Shown here piece after piece: positions 47,543 to 56,309 of a DNA stretch of 64,000 nucleotides. The stretch is from assembly GCA_964526385.1 (NCBI GenBank), contig CAZGJD010000002.1, forward strand, positions 40,799 through 104,798, given 5' to 3'. The translations under genes and the position numbers were made by a program. Under the pieces are notes generated by a model, which was not told the DNA's origin, searched no databases, and saw nothing but the letters and a program-made list of their open reading frames with translations. Within the stretch, counting starts at the first letter, position 1, and each line of letters opens with the position of its first letter. Origin of the DNA: an uncultured Candidatus Poseidoniales archaeon (GTDB taxonomy: Archaea > Thermoplasmatota > Poseidoniia > Poseidoniales > Poseidoniaceae).

Positions 47543-47547
47543 GGTGA
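47541..47547 (+). promoter_or_regulatory. Shine-Dalgarno-like GAGGTGA upstream of the TTG start of the radical SAM gene
   Basis: GAGGTGA lies 4 nt before the TTG at 47552 and overlaps the csl4 stop codon. Confidence 0.45.
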
Positions 47548-47551
47548 TTGA

Positions 47552-49279
47552 TTGGTAGAGCCAACTCCAAAATGGCTCATTATCGATGGGTATGAAGATG
47601 AACCGGCGGCATTTGGTGTACCGCCTTACATTGGATTTCACATTCGATACATTTGTGGAGTTTTGGAACAGAAAAATATCGATTACGATTATTGTACAAT
47701 AGATTCGTTTCGAATAAATCCTCAGAGCCTAGAAAACAGACTAGGAGTAGTCATCCTTGCTGGTGCAATAGTGCCAGGTAAATACCTTAGAGGCACCCCC
47801 ATATCTCTGAAGGAAACTCGAGATATCATTTCAAAAACTCCAAGAAACATTCCATTACTTTGTGGAGGCTGGGCGATTAGAGGATGGAGGCAACAAGGAT
47901 GGAATCCACTTCAGACAAATCTATTTCTAGCCTTGCAAGACACAGATGCTACACTAAACTACTACCTTGAAAATAATTCATGGAAGCACCAAAGACGAAG
48001 TCCCGAACAGTGGACTATCTGGGCCCGTCACGGGGCTAAATCAAAATCGGTAACACAAAACCCTGACCTAAACGGCCCGCTGACCTATGAAGTTGAGGTA
48101 TACCAGGGATGTGTAAGATACAAGCGAGGTTGTAAGTTCTGTATCGAGCCCAAAAAAGGGGTTCCGATTTGGAGAACCCCTGAAGACATAATTGAGGAGG
48201 TGAAAATCGCTCATGAAATGGGTGTTGAGCACGTCAGGTTGGGAGGTATGACTGACACATATACCTACATGGCAGAAGGTGTTGTGGAGTTAGAATACCC
48301 AGTTCCTAATCCCGAACCAATAGCGAAGTTACTACACGGATTAAGAGAAGATGAGAGATTGAAAATCCTTCATACCGATAACGGCAATCCGTCTATAATA
48401 GCAGAAAACTTGGAGCCCTCTGAAGAGATTACAAAGACGCTGACAGAGACGCTTTCAGACGGTGCTGTCTTATCGTTTGGCTTAGAGTCTGCTGATCCTT
48501 CAGTACATCAGGCCAACTGGTTAAATTGTGACTCGAATCAACTCAAAACGGCTATCTCTCTAATCAATAAATACGGTAAGGAAAAAGGTGAAAGAGGATT
48601 ACCAAAGTTACTCCCAGGGTTGAACTTTATTGCAGGGCTAAATGGGGAGACTGACCAAACGTATGATATCAATTTGCAACTCTTGAGAGAATTGAAACGT
48701 GAAGGACATATGATTCGCAGGGTAAATATTCGTCAGGTAGAGGGAGAAGGTTTCCAAGAAATAAATAACGAAAGATTCCAACAATTCAAAACAACCGTTC
48801 GAGACGAATTTGATGGCCCGTTGTTGGCAGATATGCTCCCGACTGGAACTATCTTGAAAGATGTGTATTGGGAATCTCACGAGGGAAGGACCCGGCTACC
48901 TCGTCACCTTTTACCCGAAGCCAGAAATGAAGAAATTAGAGGCAAACCAGGTATTACATTTGGCAGACAAATAGGAGCGTATCCAATTTTAGTAGGTATG
49001 AATTACCTCGCTCCTTTGGAATCATTTTCTGAAATTATGGTGACTGGTCACGGCGCCCGTTCCATAACTGGAATTGAGACTGGCATCAAATGGAATACAG
49101 CTACAGAAAAGCAATTGTCTGCAATCCCTGGCATTTCCGCTAAAGGTGCTTGGAATTTAATCGGAGCAAGGGCAAAAGCTCAATCAAAGGGCAGAAGCTT
49201 TGACACAATAGAAGATTGGTTCAAAGCCACAAACCTTCAGTTGCCAACTAAAGTTGATATAGAGAAAATCTTAGTTTGA
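47552..49279 (+). CDS. Radical SAM domain protein with a C-terminal helix-hairpin-helix
   Basis: Cys cluster CVRYKRGCKFC. TIM-barrel-like downstream motifs (GGMTD, GLESAD, NFIAGLNGET). C-terminal LSAIPGISAKGAWNLIG HhH. Confidence 0.6.
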   Translation: MVEPTPKWLIIDGYEDEPAAFGVPPYIGFHIRYICGVLEQKNIDYDYCTIDSFRINPQSLENRLGVVILAGAIVPGKYLRGTPISLKETRDIISKTPRNIPLLCGGWAIRGWRQQGWNPLQTNLFLALQDTDATLNYYLENNSWKHQRRSPEQWTIWARHGAKSKSVTQNPDLNGPLTYEVEVYQGCVRYKRGCKFCIEPKKGVPIWRTPEDIIEEVKIAHEMGVEHVRLGGMTDTYTYMAEGVVELEYPVPNPEPIAKLLHGLREDERLKILHTDNGNPSIIAENLEPSEEITKTLTETLSDGAVLSFGLESADPSVHQANWLNCDSNQLKTAISLINKYGKEKGERGLPKLLPGLNFIAGLNGETDQTYDINLQLLRELKREGHMIRRVNIRQVEGEGFQEINNERFQQFKTTVRDEFDGPLLADMLPTGTILKDVYWESHEGRTRLPRHLLPEARNEEIRGKPGITFGRQIGAYPILVGMNYLAPLESFSEIMVTGHGARSITGIETGIKWNTATEKQLSAIPGISAKGAWNLIGARAKAQSKGRSFDTIEDWFKATNLQLPTKVDIEKILV

Positions 49280-50824
49280 TTAATTTTCTATCCAAGCATA
49301 GGTTCGAAGGCCTTCTTCAACGCCCTCTTCTCCGACGTCTACCAGGGCAAATTCACCCTTTGGCGTAACAACGGATTCTGTAGCAAGCCCCTTGTGGAGT
49401 GCTTCATAGGTTAGTTTGTCGATAGCAATTCTACCCTCCAGCCTTTCGAACAAGTTCCAACGGCTGGCTATTTGTCGCCATGTCGGTTGTACCTCTGCTT
49501 CGAATACCTTTGCTTTCGCTCCAGACCCGTATCCACACAGACCAAAAACAACATCCTCGATTCTCGCATTCTCTTCATAATCTGCCTCAAAAGTGGACAT
49601 TAATGCTAAGAAAATAGAACCTGTGTATTGATTACCGATTAGTGAACTTGCTCTCTGGCCTTTTTCGATTCTATCCTCGACGAATTGCTTGAAAGATTCT
49701 GTTTTAGAAATCGCTCTCCTGTATGAATCCATTGCTCTTTCCCATTCATCTTCATTTTCATAATCAGATTCTTCGGGAGCAGGTCCAATCTCATCCTCAA
49801 TGATTTTCCACTCCTCTAGGTCTTGCCTATCGTGCCTGAACACATCGGGGAACATTCTTTTTGCTTGGAAAGCATAAGGTAGATGCATGATAATTCGTGC
49901 CCATTGTTCGGTCAGATTTTCATCCATTTCAGGGTCAAACCTTCCTTGGTCTATCGCTTTTTTACTGAAATGAGTAAACGCTTGCTTGACGGCCTCCCTG
50001 TAACATCTATTCGAAAATTGGCCATCGAAAACTGGTTCATCTCTGTGAACCTTGACGTTTTCTTCCCCGTGCGCAAAAATACCGAGTCTTCTAACCGTTG
50101 ACTCAGGAAGATGTTTAATCATGGCTTCCGCCATTCCATCTCTAATAGTCGCTCCAGCTTCAGCAGCCAATTGCAAAACGTTCTCAATTACGCTCTGAAT
50201 TGAAACCATTCTTCTTGGTTTGAAAAAATCGTGGACAGGAGTTGTTGAAACTCCCCATCTATCAGGAATTGCTACCAATCTTGGGTTATGACGGATTAAG
50301 AGAGCACCTCCACCGGCTCCTTGAGTGTATTCGCCAGATGATTCTAAGTCGTATTTTGCGTTATCAGAGAATACAACAATCCCCATTCTGTTTTCATCTT
50401 CTCCCCCTCTTGCAACCCAGTCTAGAGTATTGTGCAATGCGTCAACTGCACCAATACAAGCGAAAGTCATGTCCACTACGTCGCATCCTCTAAAGCAGTC
50501 TTCTCCATAGATGTCACCATATCTGTGAGTTAGCATATCAACGATGTATGTTGCAGTTGGTTTAGCGCCGTCCAAGGCAGATTCGGTCCCCAGGTATATT
50601 CTACCAATGTCTCTAGGATCTAATCCATTTCTATCAATCAGCCTGCAAACTGCATTAGCTCCCATTGTAGCTGTGTCCTCGTGTACGTCAGGAATAGACA
50701 TTGCTGCGAGTCCAAGGCCTTTATTCAGCTTTGAATAATCCGCACCTCGCATTGCTGCGAAATCCTCCATATCCATGTACAATCGAGGAAAATGAATCGC
50801 CATATCGTCGATTCCTACCTTCAT
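49280..50824 (-). CDS. Hydroxymethylglutaryl-CoA synthase (long form)
   Basis: GTESALDGAKP, the catalytic Cys context DMTFACIGAVDAL, and the thiolase-fold C-terminal GYGSGAKA. The ATG at 50824 (MKVGIDD) is preferred over the longest ORF start at 50863. Confidence 0.8.
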   Translation of the reverse strand: MKVGIDDMAIHFPRLYMDMEDFAAMRGADYSKLNKGLGLAAMSIPDVHEDTATMGANAVCRLIDRNGLDPRDIGRIYLGTESALDGAKPTATYIVDMLTHRYGDIYGEDCFRGCDVVDMTFACIGAVDALHNTLDWVARGGEDENRMGIVVFSDNAKYDLESSGEYTQGAGGGALLIRHNPRLVAIPDRWGVSTTPVHDFFKPRRMVSIQSVIENVLQLAAEAGATIRDGMAEAMIKHLPESTVRRLGIFAHGEENVKVHRDEPVFDGQFSNRCYREAVKQAFTHFSKKAIDQGRFDPEMDENLTEQWARIIMHLPYAFQAKRMFPDVFRHDRQDLEEWKIIEDEIGPAPEESDYENEDEWERAMDSYRRAISKTESFKQFVEDRIEKGQRASSLIGNQYTGSIFLALMSTFEADYEENARIEDVVFGLCGYGSGAKAKVFEAEVQPTWRQIASRWNLFERLEGRIAIDKLTYEALHKGLATESVVTPKGEFALVDVGEEGVEEGLRTYAWIEN

Positions 50825-50991
50825 TCCCATCCTTCTCCGGCTAAATCGAGACATATATGACAAGTTCCCCTATTTTTAATATAAAAACCAGTGTTGCCGG
50901 CTACACCTTCTATACCCACTGAATTTTACAATTTCCACGAACAATTGAGACAAATTTTCTCAATCAAGATAATCAATATCCAACTATTGCA

Positions 50992-51678
50992 ATGCTCATG
51001 GCGACATGGGTTATTACCGGAGCAAATAGGGGCATTGGATTAGAGTTTGTAGAAACTTTACTGAAAGATGGACATCGTATTTTTGCCGGGATGAGAGATG
51101 TTTCTAATTTTGAATTACAACACGATAATTTGACCGTTTTACCATTAGATGTTAGTGATACTTCATCTGCAATACGTTTCGCAAATGAGATCACTTCGAA
51201 AACTGAAACTGTAGATGTACTCGTTAATAATGCCGGGATGATGGATGGAAGATGGCAAAATTTTGAGCAAGTCGACATGGAAGAATCGCTTCAAGTGCTA
51301 AATGTAAACACGATAGGCCCTATGAGAGTAACACAATCTCTCTGGCATATTTTGAAATCAACGCCTAACTCAAAGGTAGCAATGATTACGAGTTTAATGG
51401 GCTCGATAGATGATTGTGCAAGCGGTCGTTCTTATGCTTACAGAACAAGTAAAACAGGATTGAATATGATAACAAAGGTCCTTTCGATTGAGGGAAAAGA
51501 TTGTGACATATCTGTAACTTGCTATCACCCAGGCTGGGTTAAAACAGATATGGGAGGAGATATGGCACCCGTGACAAAAAGCCAATCCGTAGCCGGATTA
51601 AGAAATCTCATAGAAAACCAAAACCAAGAGACTTCTGGTCGTTTCTTCGAATATACTGGAGCAGAATTTCCATGGTGA
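50992..51678 (+). CDS. Short-chain dehydrogenase/reductase (SDR)
   Basis: VITGANRGIG, NNAG, and the catalytic YRTSK. Confidence 0.8.
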   Translation: MLMATWVITGANRGIGLEFVETLLKDGHRIFAGMRDVSNFELQHDNLTVLPLDVSDTSSAIRFANEITSKTETVDVLVNNAGMMDGRWQNFEQVDMEESLQVLNVNTIGPMRVTQSLWHILKSTPNSKVAMITSLMGSIDDCASGRSYAYRTSKTGLNMITKVLSIEGKDCDISVTCYHPGWVKTDMGGDMAPVTKSQSVAGLRNLIENQNQETSGRFFEYTGAEFPW

Positions 51679-52406
51679 AACCATTAATTGAAATCGCAAG
51701 AACCCTTTCTGACGAGTGCGACAAATTAATTCCTAAATTATTGAAAATAAAGGTTTTACATCACGTTACAAATCCCCTCGACTACGCAAAAGAATATCAT
51801 GACTCTTACATAGAGCAATACTCCGGACTTGGCGCCAAAACACTACTTTTAGGGATGAATCCAGGACCGTACGGAATGGCGCAGTGTGGCGTTCCGTTTG
51901 GGGCTACCAGTATCGCAAGAGATTTCCTGGGTATAGAAGGTGAATTTAGGGACCCAAAGGGAAGACATCCAAAAAGGCCAATCGAAGGATTAGACTTTGA
52001 AAGGCAAGAAATCAGTGGAACTAGATTATGGGGTCTTTTGAAGGATATTTACAAGACTCCGGATGAAATTCATAAAAATGTGTACCTGGTAAATCACTGC
52101 CCTTTGTTGTTACTAGGAGAGACGGGCAAAAATATCACCCCGGATAATATCTCAGGACCAGCAGTAAAAAAACTAATTCAAGTTTGTGATAATCATCTCA
52201 AAGAAGTAGTAACCACTCTTGGAATAGAACGAGTAATTGGGGTAGGTAAATATGCAGAAAAAAGAGCAAAAATAGCTCTGAAAGGCTTTGATATTGAGAT
52301 TACAACGTGCTGGCATCCTTCACCTGCGTCACCTCTAGCTAACAGAAATGATGGAGAAGATTGGCGAAAAAACGTGCGGTCTATATTGCTTAGAGAGAAT
52401 TATTAG
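51672..52406 (+). CDS. SMUG1-type (family 3) uracil-DNA glycosylase
   Basis: LLLGMNPGPYGMAQCGVPFG and HPSPASPLANRN closely follow the two SMUG1 signature motifs (GMNPGPxGMAQTGVPFG; HPSPRNPxAN). Confidence 0.75.
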   Translation: MVKPLIEIARTLSDECDKLIPKLLKIKVLHHVTNPLDYAKEYHDSYIEQYSGLGAKTLLLGMNPGPYGMAQCGVPFGATSIARDFLGIEGEFRDPKGRHPKRPIEGLDFERQEISGTRLWGLLKDIYKTPDEIHKNVYLVNHCPLLLLGETGKNITPDNISGPAVKKLIQVCDNHLKEVVTTLGIERVIGVGKYAEKRAKIALKGFDIEITTCWHPSPASPLANRNDGEDWRKNVRSILLRENY

Positions 52407-52428
52407 GTCGAGGCGAATCTGACTACAC

Positions 52429-54324
52429 ATGCCCGAAATGGCTTGGCCTAGACAACCCACCGACCGACAGTGGATTAAACCCGAAGGAGATGACCCAAGA
52501 ACGCTTTACCAAATGCTAATGGTTAGTCAGGAGAAGTTTGGTGATAATCCATGTTTTGGATACATCCCGAACCCAGGAATGCAAAGAGTACATCTAACTT
52601 ACAACGAGTTCGGCGACCTGTCAACCGCAGTTGCTAAGGGTCTCAGAGATATTGGGGTCGTAAAAGATGACAGAGTTGCGATCATCGTCGACAATTCTGT
52701 GGAATGGGCCGCATTATCCTATGGCGCAAACGCATTGGGAGCAGCATACACCGCAATGTACACACATCAGCACGGCAAAGATTGGGCTTTTATTCTGGAA
52801 GATTCCACTCCAAAGGTTGTCGCAGTAGCAAATACCGAAGTTCTGGACAAACTTTGTGATGCACTTGGCGATAGTGGATGGCCAGCATCTGGTGTTATCC
52901 TACTCGGTGACGAACCGGCTAACAAATTACCTCCAGAAGGCATCGAGGTTAGAATGTGGTCTGGATTCGTTTCAATGGGTCGCAATGCAAGTGATTTGGA
53001 AGGTTTTAATGACGACCACACCTCTCTTTCAACCCTGATTTACACCTCAGGAACAACTGGTAATCCTAAGGGTGTTATGCTATCGAATTGGAACACATTA
53101 TCAAACGTACTTTGTGTTCAAGGAGTATTCGAATTATATCCTGGTGACAAGAATGCTGCGTTCCTTCCATGGGCGCATTCATTCGGTTCAACCTTCGACC
53201 TTCACTGGATGATTAGAATGGGAGTCCACATCAACCTAATTTCAGACCTAACAAGAATCGCAGACGAATGCATTGAGATTCAACCTGCAGCCCTATTGGC
53301 TGTTCCAAGAGTTTGGAACAAGTTCTACGACAGAGTAAACGGACAATTCGAGGCGGCAACCGGATTAAAGGCTAAATTCATCGCTAACGCACAGAAATCC
53401 GCAGAAAAGAGAATTGCAAAAGCAGGCGTACAGTGTGACGCCGTGCCTCCAAATGGATTCTTTGACAAGCTTTGGGACAAATTGGTTTGGAAGAAAGTTC
53501 GAGCCCGGTTTGGTGGAAAAATTAGATTCTGTATGTCCGGCGCTGCAGCGTTATCTCCTGATGTAGCAGCATTTGTTCAAAAAGTAGGTTTCAACTGTTA
53601 TGAAGGATACGGATTAACCGAAACTAGTCCTCTAGTTTCCGCAAACGGATGGATGGGCAAAGGCATGTCAAGGCTAAACACTGTAGGTATGCCTGCAAAT
53701 GGCGTACGTGTTGAGATCGATAAAAGCGCATGGGATGACCCAGACCGCCCAGATGAAGGAGAAATCATTGTTTATGGGCCAAACGTAATGCAAGGATACT
53801 GGAACCTTCCTGAAGCGACTGCAGAAGTAATGACTGAAGACGGCGGATTCAGAACTGGTGACCTAGGAAAGATGGTCGATGGATATCTATCAATTACTGG
53901 ACGTGTAAAGAGCCAATTCAAGTTGGAAAATGGAAAATACGTTTCACCAGCACCGCTAGAAGAAAATCTCAAACTAAGCCCACTCGTTGAGCAGGCAGTC
54001 TTGGATGGACGTAACATGAAGAATACATTCCTAATCGTTCATCCATCCGCTGATGCTCTAAGAGCTGAAGCATCAAAGGCAGGAGTTGCCGTTCCTGATG
54101 ACAATGTCGCTATGTGCAATGATGATGGAGTCAAATCTTGGTTCCTATCCCACCTGCAAGAAAACAACATGCTTGCTCCAAAATGGAAAGGATATGAAGT
54201 TGCACGGAATATTATTCTCGACCCAGAAGAGTGGACCGTTGACAATGATATGATGACTCCATCTCTAAAGGTGAAGCTACGAAACCTATTGGCTCACCAC
54301 GACGAGGCAATAAAATCCCTTTGA
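52429..54324 (+). CDS. Long-chain-fatty-acid--CoA ligase (AMP-forming)
   Basis: AMP-binding motif YTSGTTGNPKGV, plus GYGLTET and TGDLG. Confidence 0.85.
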   Translation: MPEMAWPRQPTDRQWIKPEGDDPRTLYQMLMVSQEKFGDNPCFGYIPNPGMQRVHLTYNEFGDLSTAVAKGLRDIGVVKDDRVAIIVDNSVEWAALSYGANALGAAYTAMYTHQHGKDWAFILEDSTPKVVAVANTEVLDKLCDALGDSGWPASGVILLGDEPANKLPPEGIEVRMWSGFVSMGRNASDLEGFNDDHTSLSTLIYTSGTTGNPKGVMLSNWNTLSNVLCVQGVFELYPGDKNAAFLPWAHSFGSTFDLHWMIRMGVHINLISDLTRIADECIEIQPAALLAVPRVWNKFYDRVNGQFEAATGLKAKFIANAQKSAEKRIAKAGVQCDAVPPNGFFDKLWDKLVWKKVRARFGGKIRFCMSGAAALSPDVAAFVQKVGFNCYEGYGLTETSPLVSANGWMGKGMSRLNTVGMPANGVRVEIDKSAWDDPDRPDEGEIIVYGPNVMQGYWNLPEATAEVMTEDGGFRTGDLGKMVDGYLSITGRVKSQFKLENGKYVSPAPLEENLKLSPLVEQAVLDGRNMKNTFLIVHPSADALRAEASKAGVAVPDDNVAMCNDDGVKSWFLSHLQENNMLAPKWKGYEVARNIILDPEEWTVDNDMMTPSLKVKLRNLLAHHDEAIKSL

Positions 54325-54325
54325 A

Positions 54326-54625
54326 TTACTCAAAGGCTGTAAAAGCACTCCCAGTGCGTGCCTTAGAGCGTAGCATTCGCTTTCTCGTTTGTTCAGCAAG
54401 CCTTCTTGCCTTTAATTCACTCTTCATCCCAGGTGAAGCCAAGAGACAAACACTAATTCCCAAAAACAATCCAACAAGTACGGAAGGGTAAAATGAAATT
54501 CCTAAGAAATGTGAGTTAATTCCACCAGCAAATAATCCGATAATTGCGCCTATTCCTAGAGGCTTTTCGGCGATTTTGATTAAAGTAGCACTACCTTTGA
54601 TTACTTCTCTCAGAGGTTTTGACAT
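54326..54625 (-). CDS. Small membrane protein (2-3 TM), unknown function
   Basis: Hydrophobic 99-aa ORF with a basic C-terminal tail. It fills the gap exactly. Confidence 0.4.
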   Translation of the reverse strand: MSKPLREVIKGSATLIKIAEKPLGIGAIIGLFAGGINSHFLGISFYPSVLVGLFLGISVCLLASPGMKSELKARRLAEQTRKRMLRSKARTGSAFTAFE

Positions 54626-54939
54626 TAGTATAAAGTTAGAAAGACGGTAAATAAACTAACCTTTTATCTCACCCACATTTTTTGCGTTTAGACTGTTTGA
54701 CCTAATATCGGGTGGTTTTCTTATATTTTTTATGAGATTGTCTCACAATTAACATTCTATAAGCCCAAACATATTCAATTATGCACTACCGTTGTCCTCA
54801 GGATAACTCCTCGGCGGAGTTCGGAATGGTATGTGAAACCCGTGTAAAACCTAGGGTTTTTGAACCCCCTGTGCAGTTTTTACAGGAATAATTTTAGACC
54901 GTTAAAATAGACTGCAAACTCTCAGGGGTGAAAAGAGAT

Positions 54940-55518
54940 ATGGACACGTTTGATGATTACCAAGAAACATACGATGAGATAGCTGAAATGAACTATGAAA
55001 TCTTTTTTGAGGACGTAGATTTTGAAGTAGATTATGATGAATATCTACTGAAGGTAGATGTTGCATATCGTGTTGAATACGGCATTTTCCCGATTGGTGA
55101 CCAAGAGATAGAAACTAGGCTCGATGAAATCTGCGAAAGAGTAGCGTACGAGTACATTCGACAAAACGCAATTGCCGAAGCAATGGCCGAGGAGTACGAA
55201 AACAATGAAGAAGAAGATGAGGATGAAGAATTATTCGATTCTGTCGAATATGACATGCTCAGAGAAAAACTTCTGGATCTGATAGAAATGTTCCTTAAAC
55301 AAAAGAGCAAAATGCACGACCAAGAATATCCGCAAAGTCGAATGTTCAAGCGCAAAGATTTCTGGATGATTCAACACATAGAATACGCTCACGATATGAT
55401 TGATTCCCCACACGCTTACATGGAGATTTTCAAGGACCTAATCAAGGAAGGATATTATGTTCCTAAAGAGAAAGGTGGCGACCCAAAGCATGACATATTT
55501 TATGCAGAATTAGTCTAA
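54940..55518 (+). CDS. Highly acidic hypothetical protein
   Basis: The ORF is preceded by the SD-like GGGGTGA (54925-54931), 8 nt before the ATG at 54940. Asp/Glu/Tyr-rich, with no recognised family. Confidence 0.45.
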   Translation: MDTFDDYQETYDEIAEMNYEIFFEDVDFEVDYDEYLLKVDVAYRVEYGIFPIGDQEIETRLDEICERVAYEYIRQNAIAEAMAEEYENNEEEDEDEELFDSVEYDMLREKLLDLIEMFLKQKSKMHDQEYPQSRMFKRKDFWMIQHIEYAHDMIDSPHAYMEIFKDLIKEGYYVPKEKGGDPKHDIFYAELV

Positions 55519-55547
55519 TTGGAATTTTAAATTTCCAATTGGAATTT
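55517..55547. repeat. Paired AATTGGAATTT / CCAATTGGAATTT element (hairpin-capable) between convergent stop codons
   Basis: The arms AATTGGAA (55517-55524) and TTCCAATT (55533-55540) are perfectly complementary. The half-sites recur with a 20-bp period. The element overlaps both stop codons (55516-55518 and 55546-55548). Confidence 0.6.
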
Positions 55548-56100
55548 ACCACGGGAATTTCGCTGACCAAACTATCAGGTCGTTCACTATAACCTGGATG
55601 CCTAGGGCGATGGAACCAATCAACATCCAACCAGCACCGTCTACTCCATCTTGGTAGGCAGTGAATGCCAATAGAATGTACATTACATTAGCAACTGAAA
55701 CGATTGCAAGGATTCCTACTACTAGGTATGGAGTCCACGAATAATCATTATTCATGTGGAATATTGTGCTGTCAATCCAAAGAGCAGAGGGAATCAGAAA
55801 TAGTGCATATGCCCAAAACAACCTGTTCAATCCCATACCATCACCGGATTCTTGCCACGGCCACCTTAGTGATTCTAATGTGGAAACATCGAGTTGGAAT
55901 AGAGCAACCCACCAGTAAACCAGCCAGCCTGCTGCTGCTAAGAACATAAACGGCGCAATGTACGTTATCCAGGATTGTGGGATTCCTCCCCACAGAGCCA
56001 TCTTGTCATCTAGTCGGGATAGTGCATATGCATAGCTGATCAGGACTAGAGGACCTGCTACAAATGTAAATGTCCTGATTGCTTCTTTTGTAATATCCAT
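55546..56100 (-). CDS. Integral membrane protein, unknown function (about 5-6 TM, Trp-rich)
   Basis: Hydrophobic 184-aa ORF. No family motif recognised. Confidence 0.45.
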   Translation of the reverse strand: MDITKEAIRTFTFVAGPLVLISYAYALSRLDDKMALWGGIPQSWITYIAPFMFLAAAGWLVYWWVALFQLDVSTLESLRWPWQESGDGMGLNRLFWAYALFLIPSALWIDSTIFHMNNDYSWTPYLVVGILAIVSVANVMYILLAFTAYQDGVDGAGWMLIGSIALGIQVIVNDLIVWSAKFPW

Positions 56101-56236
56101 GCTAACTCCAATTCCACATTATTGATAACATCTTGTTCGATATTAATAGAGAAATCACGGTTTCAAAATCGTTGAATTAAATGCAAGTATCTGAAAGCAA
56201 AAACATCGTAAAATCAATATATTTGGGTCGGGATTT

Positions 56237-56270
56237 TCCAATTGGATTATTAAATATCCAATTAGAATTT
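56237..56270. repeat. Second copy of the paired CCAATTGG-type element
   Basis: TCCAATTGGA (56237-56246) and TCCAATTAGA (56257-56266) sit 20 bp apart and can pair 9/10. The element lies in the 209-nt gap upstream of the 184-aa membrane protein gene. Confidence 0.55.
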
Positions 56271-56309
56271 TTCCGCAAATTTCTACTATTTTTGGCCTGA
56301 CAAAAGTCG

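Noticed and set aside
50945-50963. Inverted repeat TTGAGA-N7-TCTCAA in the divergent HMGCS/SDR promoter region.
   Set aside because: It is only 6 bp per arm in AT-rich DNA, and I saw no second copy. That is too weak to call an operator.
54782-54876. tRNA-like appearance: a closing helix TGCAC/GTGCA with internal hairpins and a GTTCGGAAT string.
   Set aside because: I could not fold it into a cloverleaf. There is no 7-bp acceptor stem and no complementary T-stem around the TTCGGAAT. It is retained only as part of the generic non-coding-gap finding.
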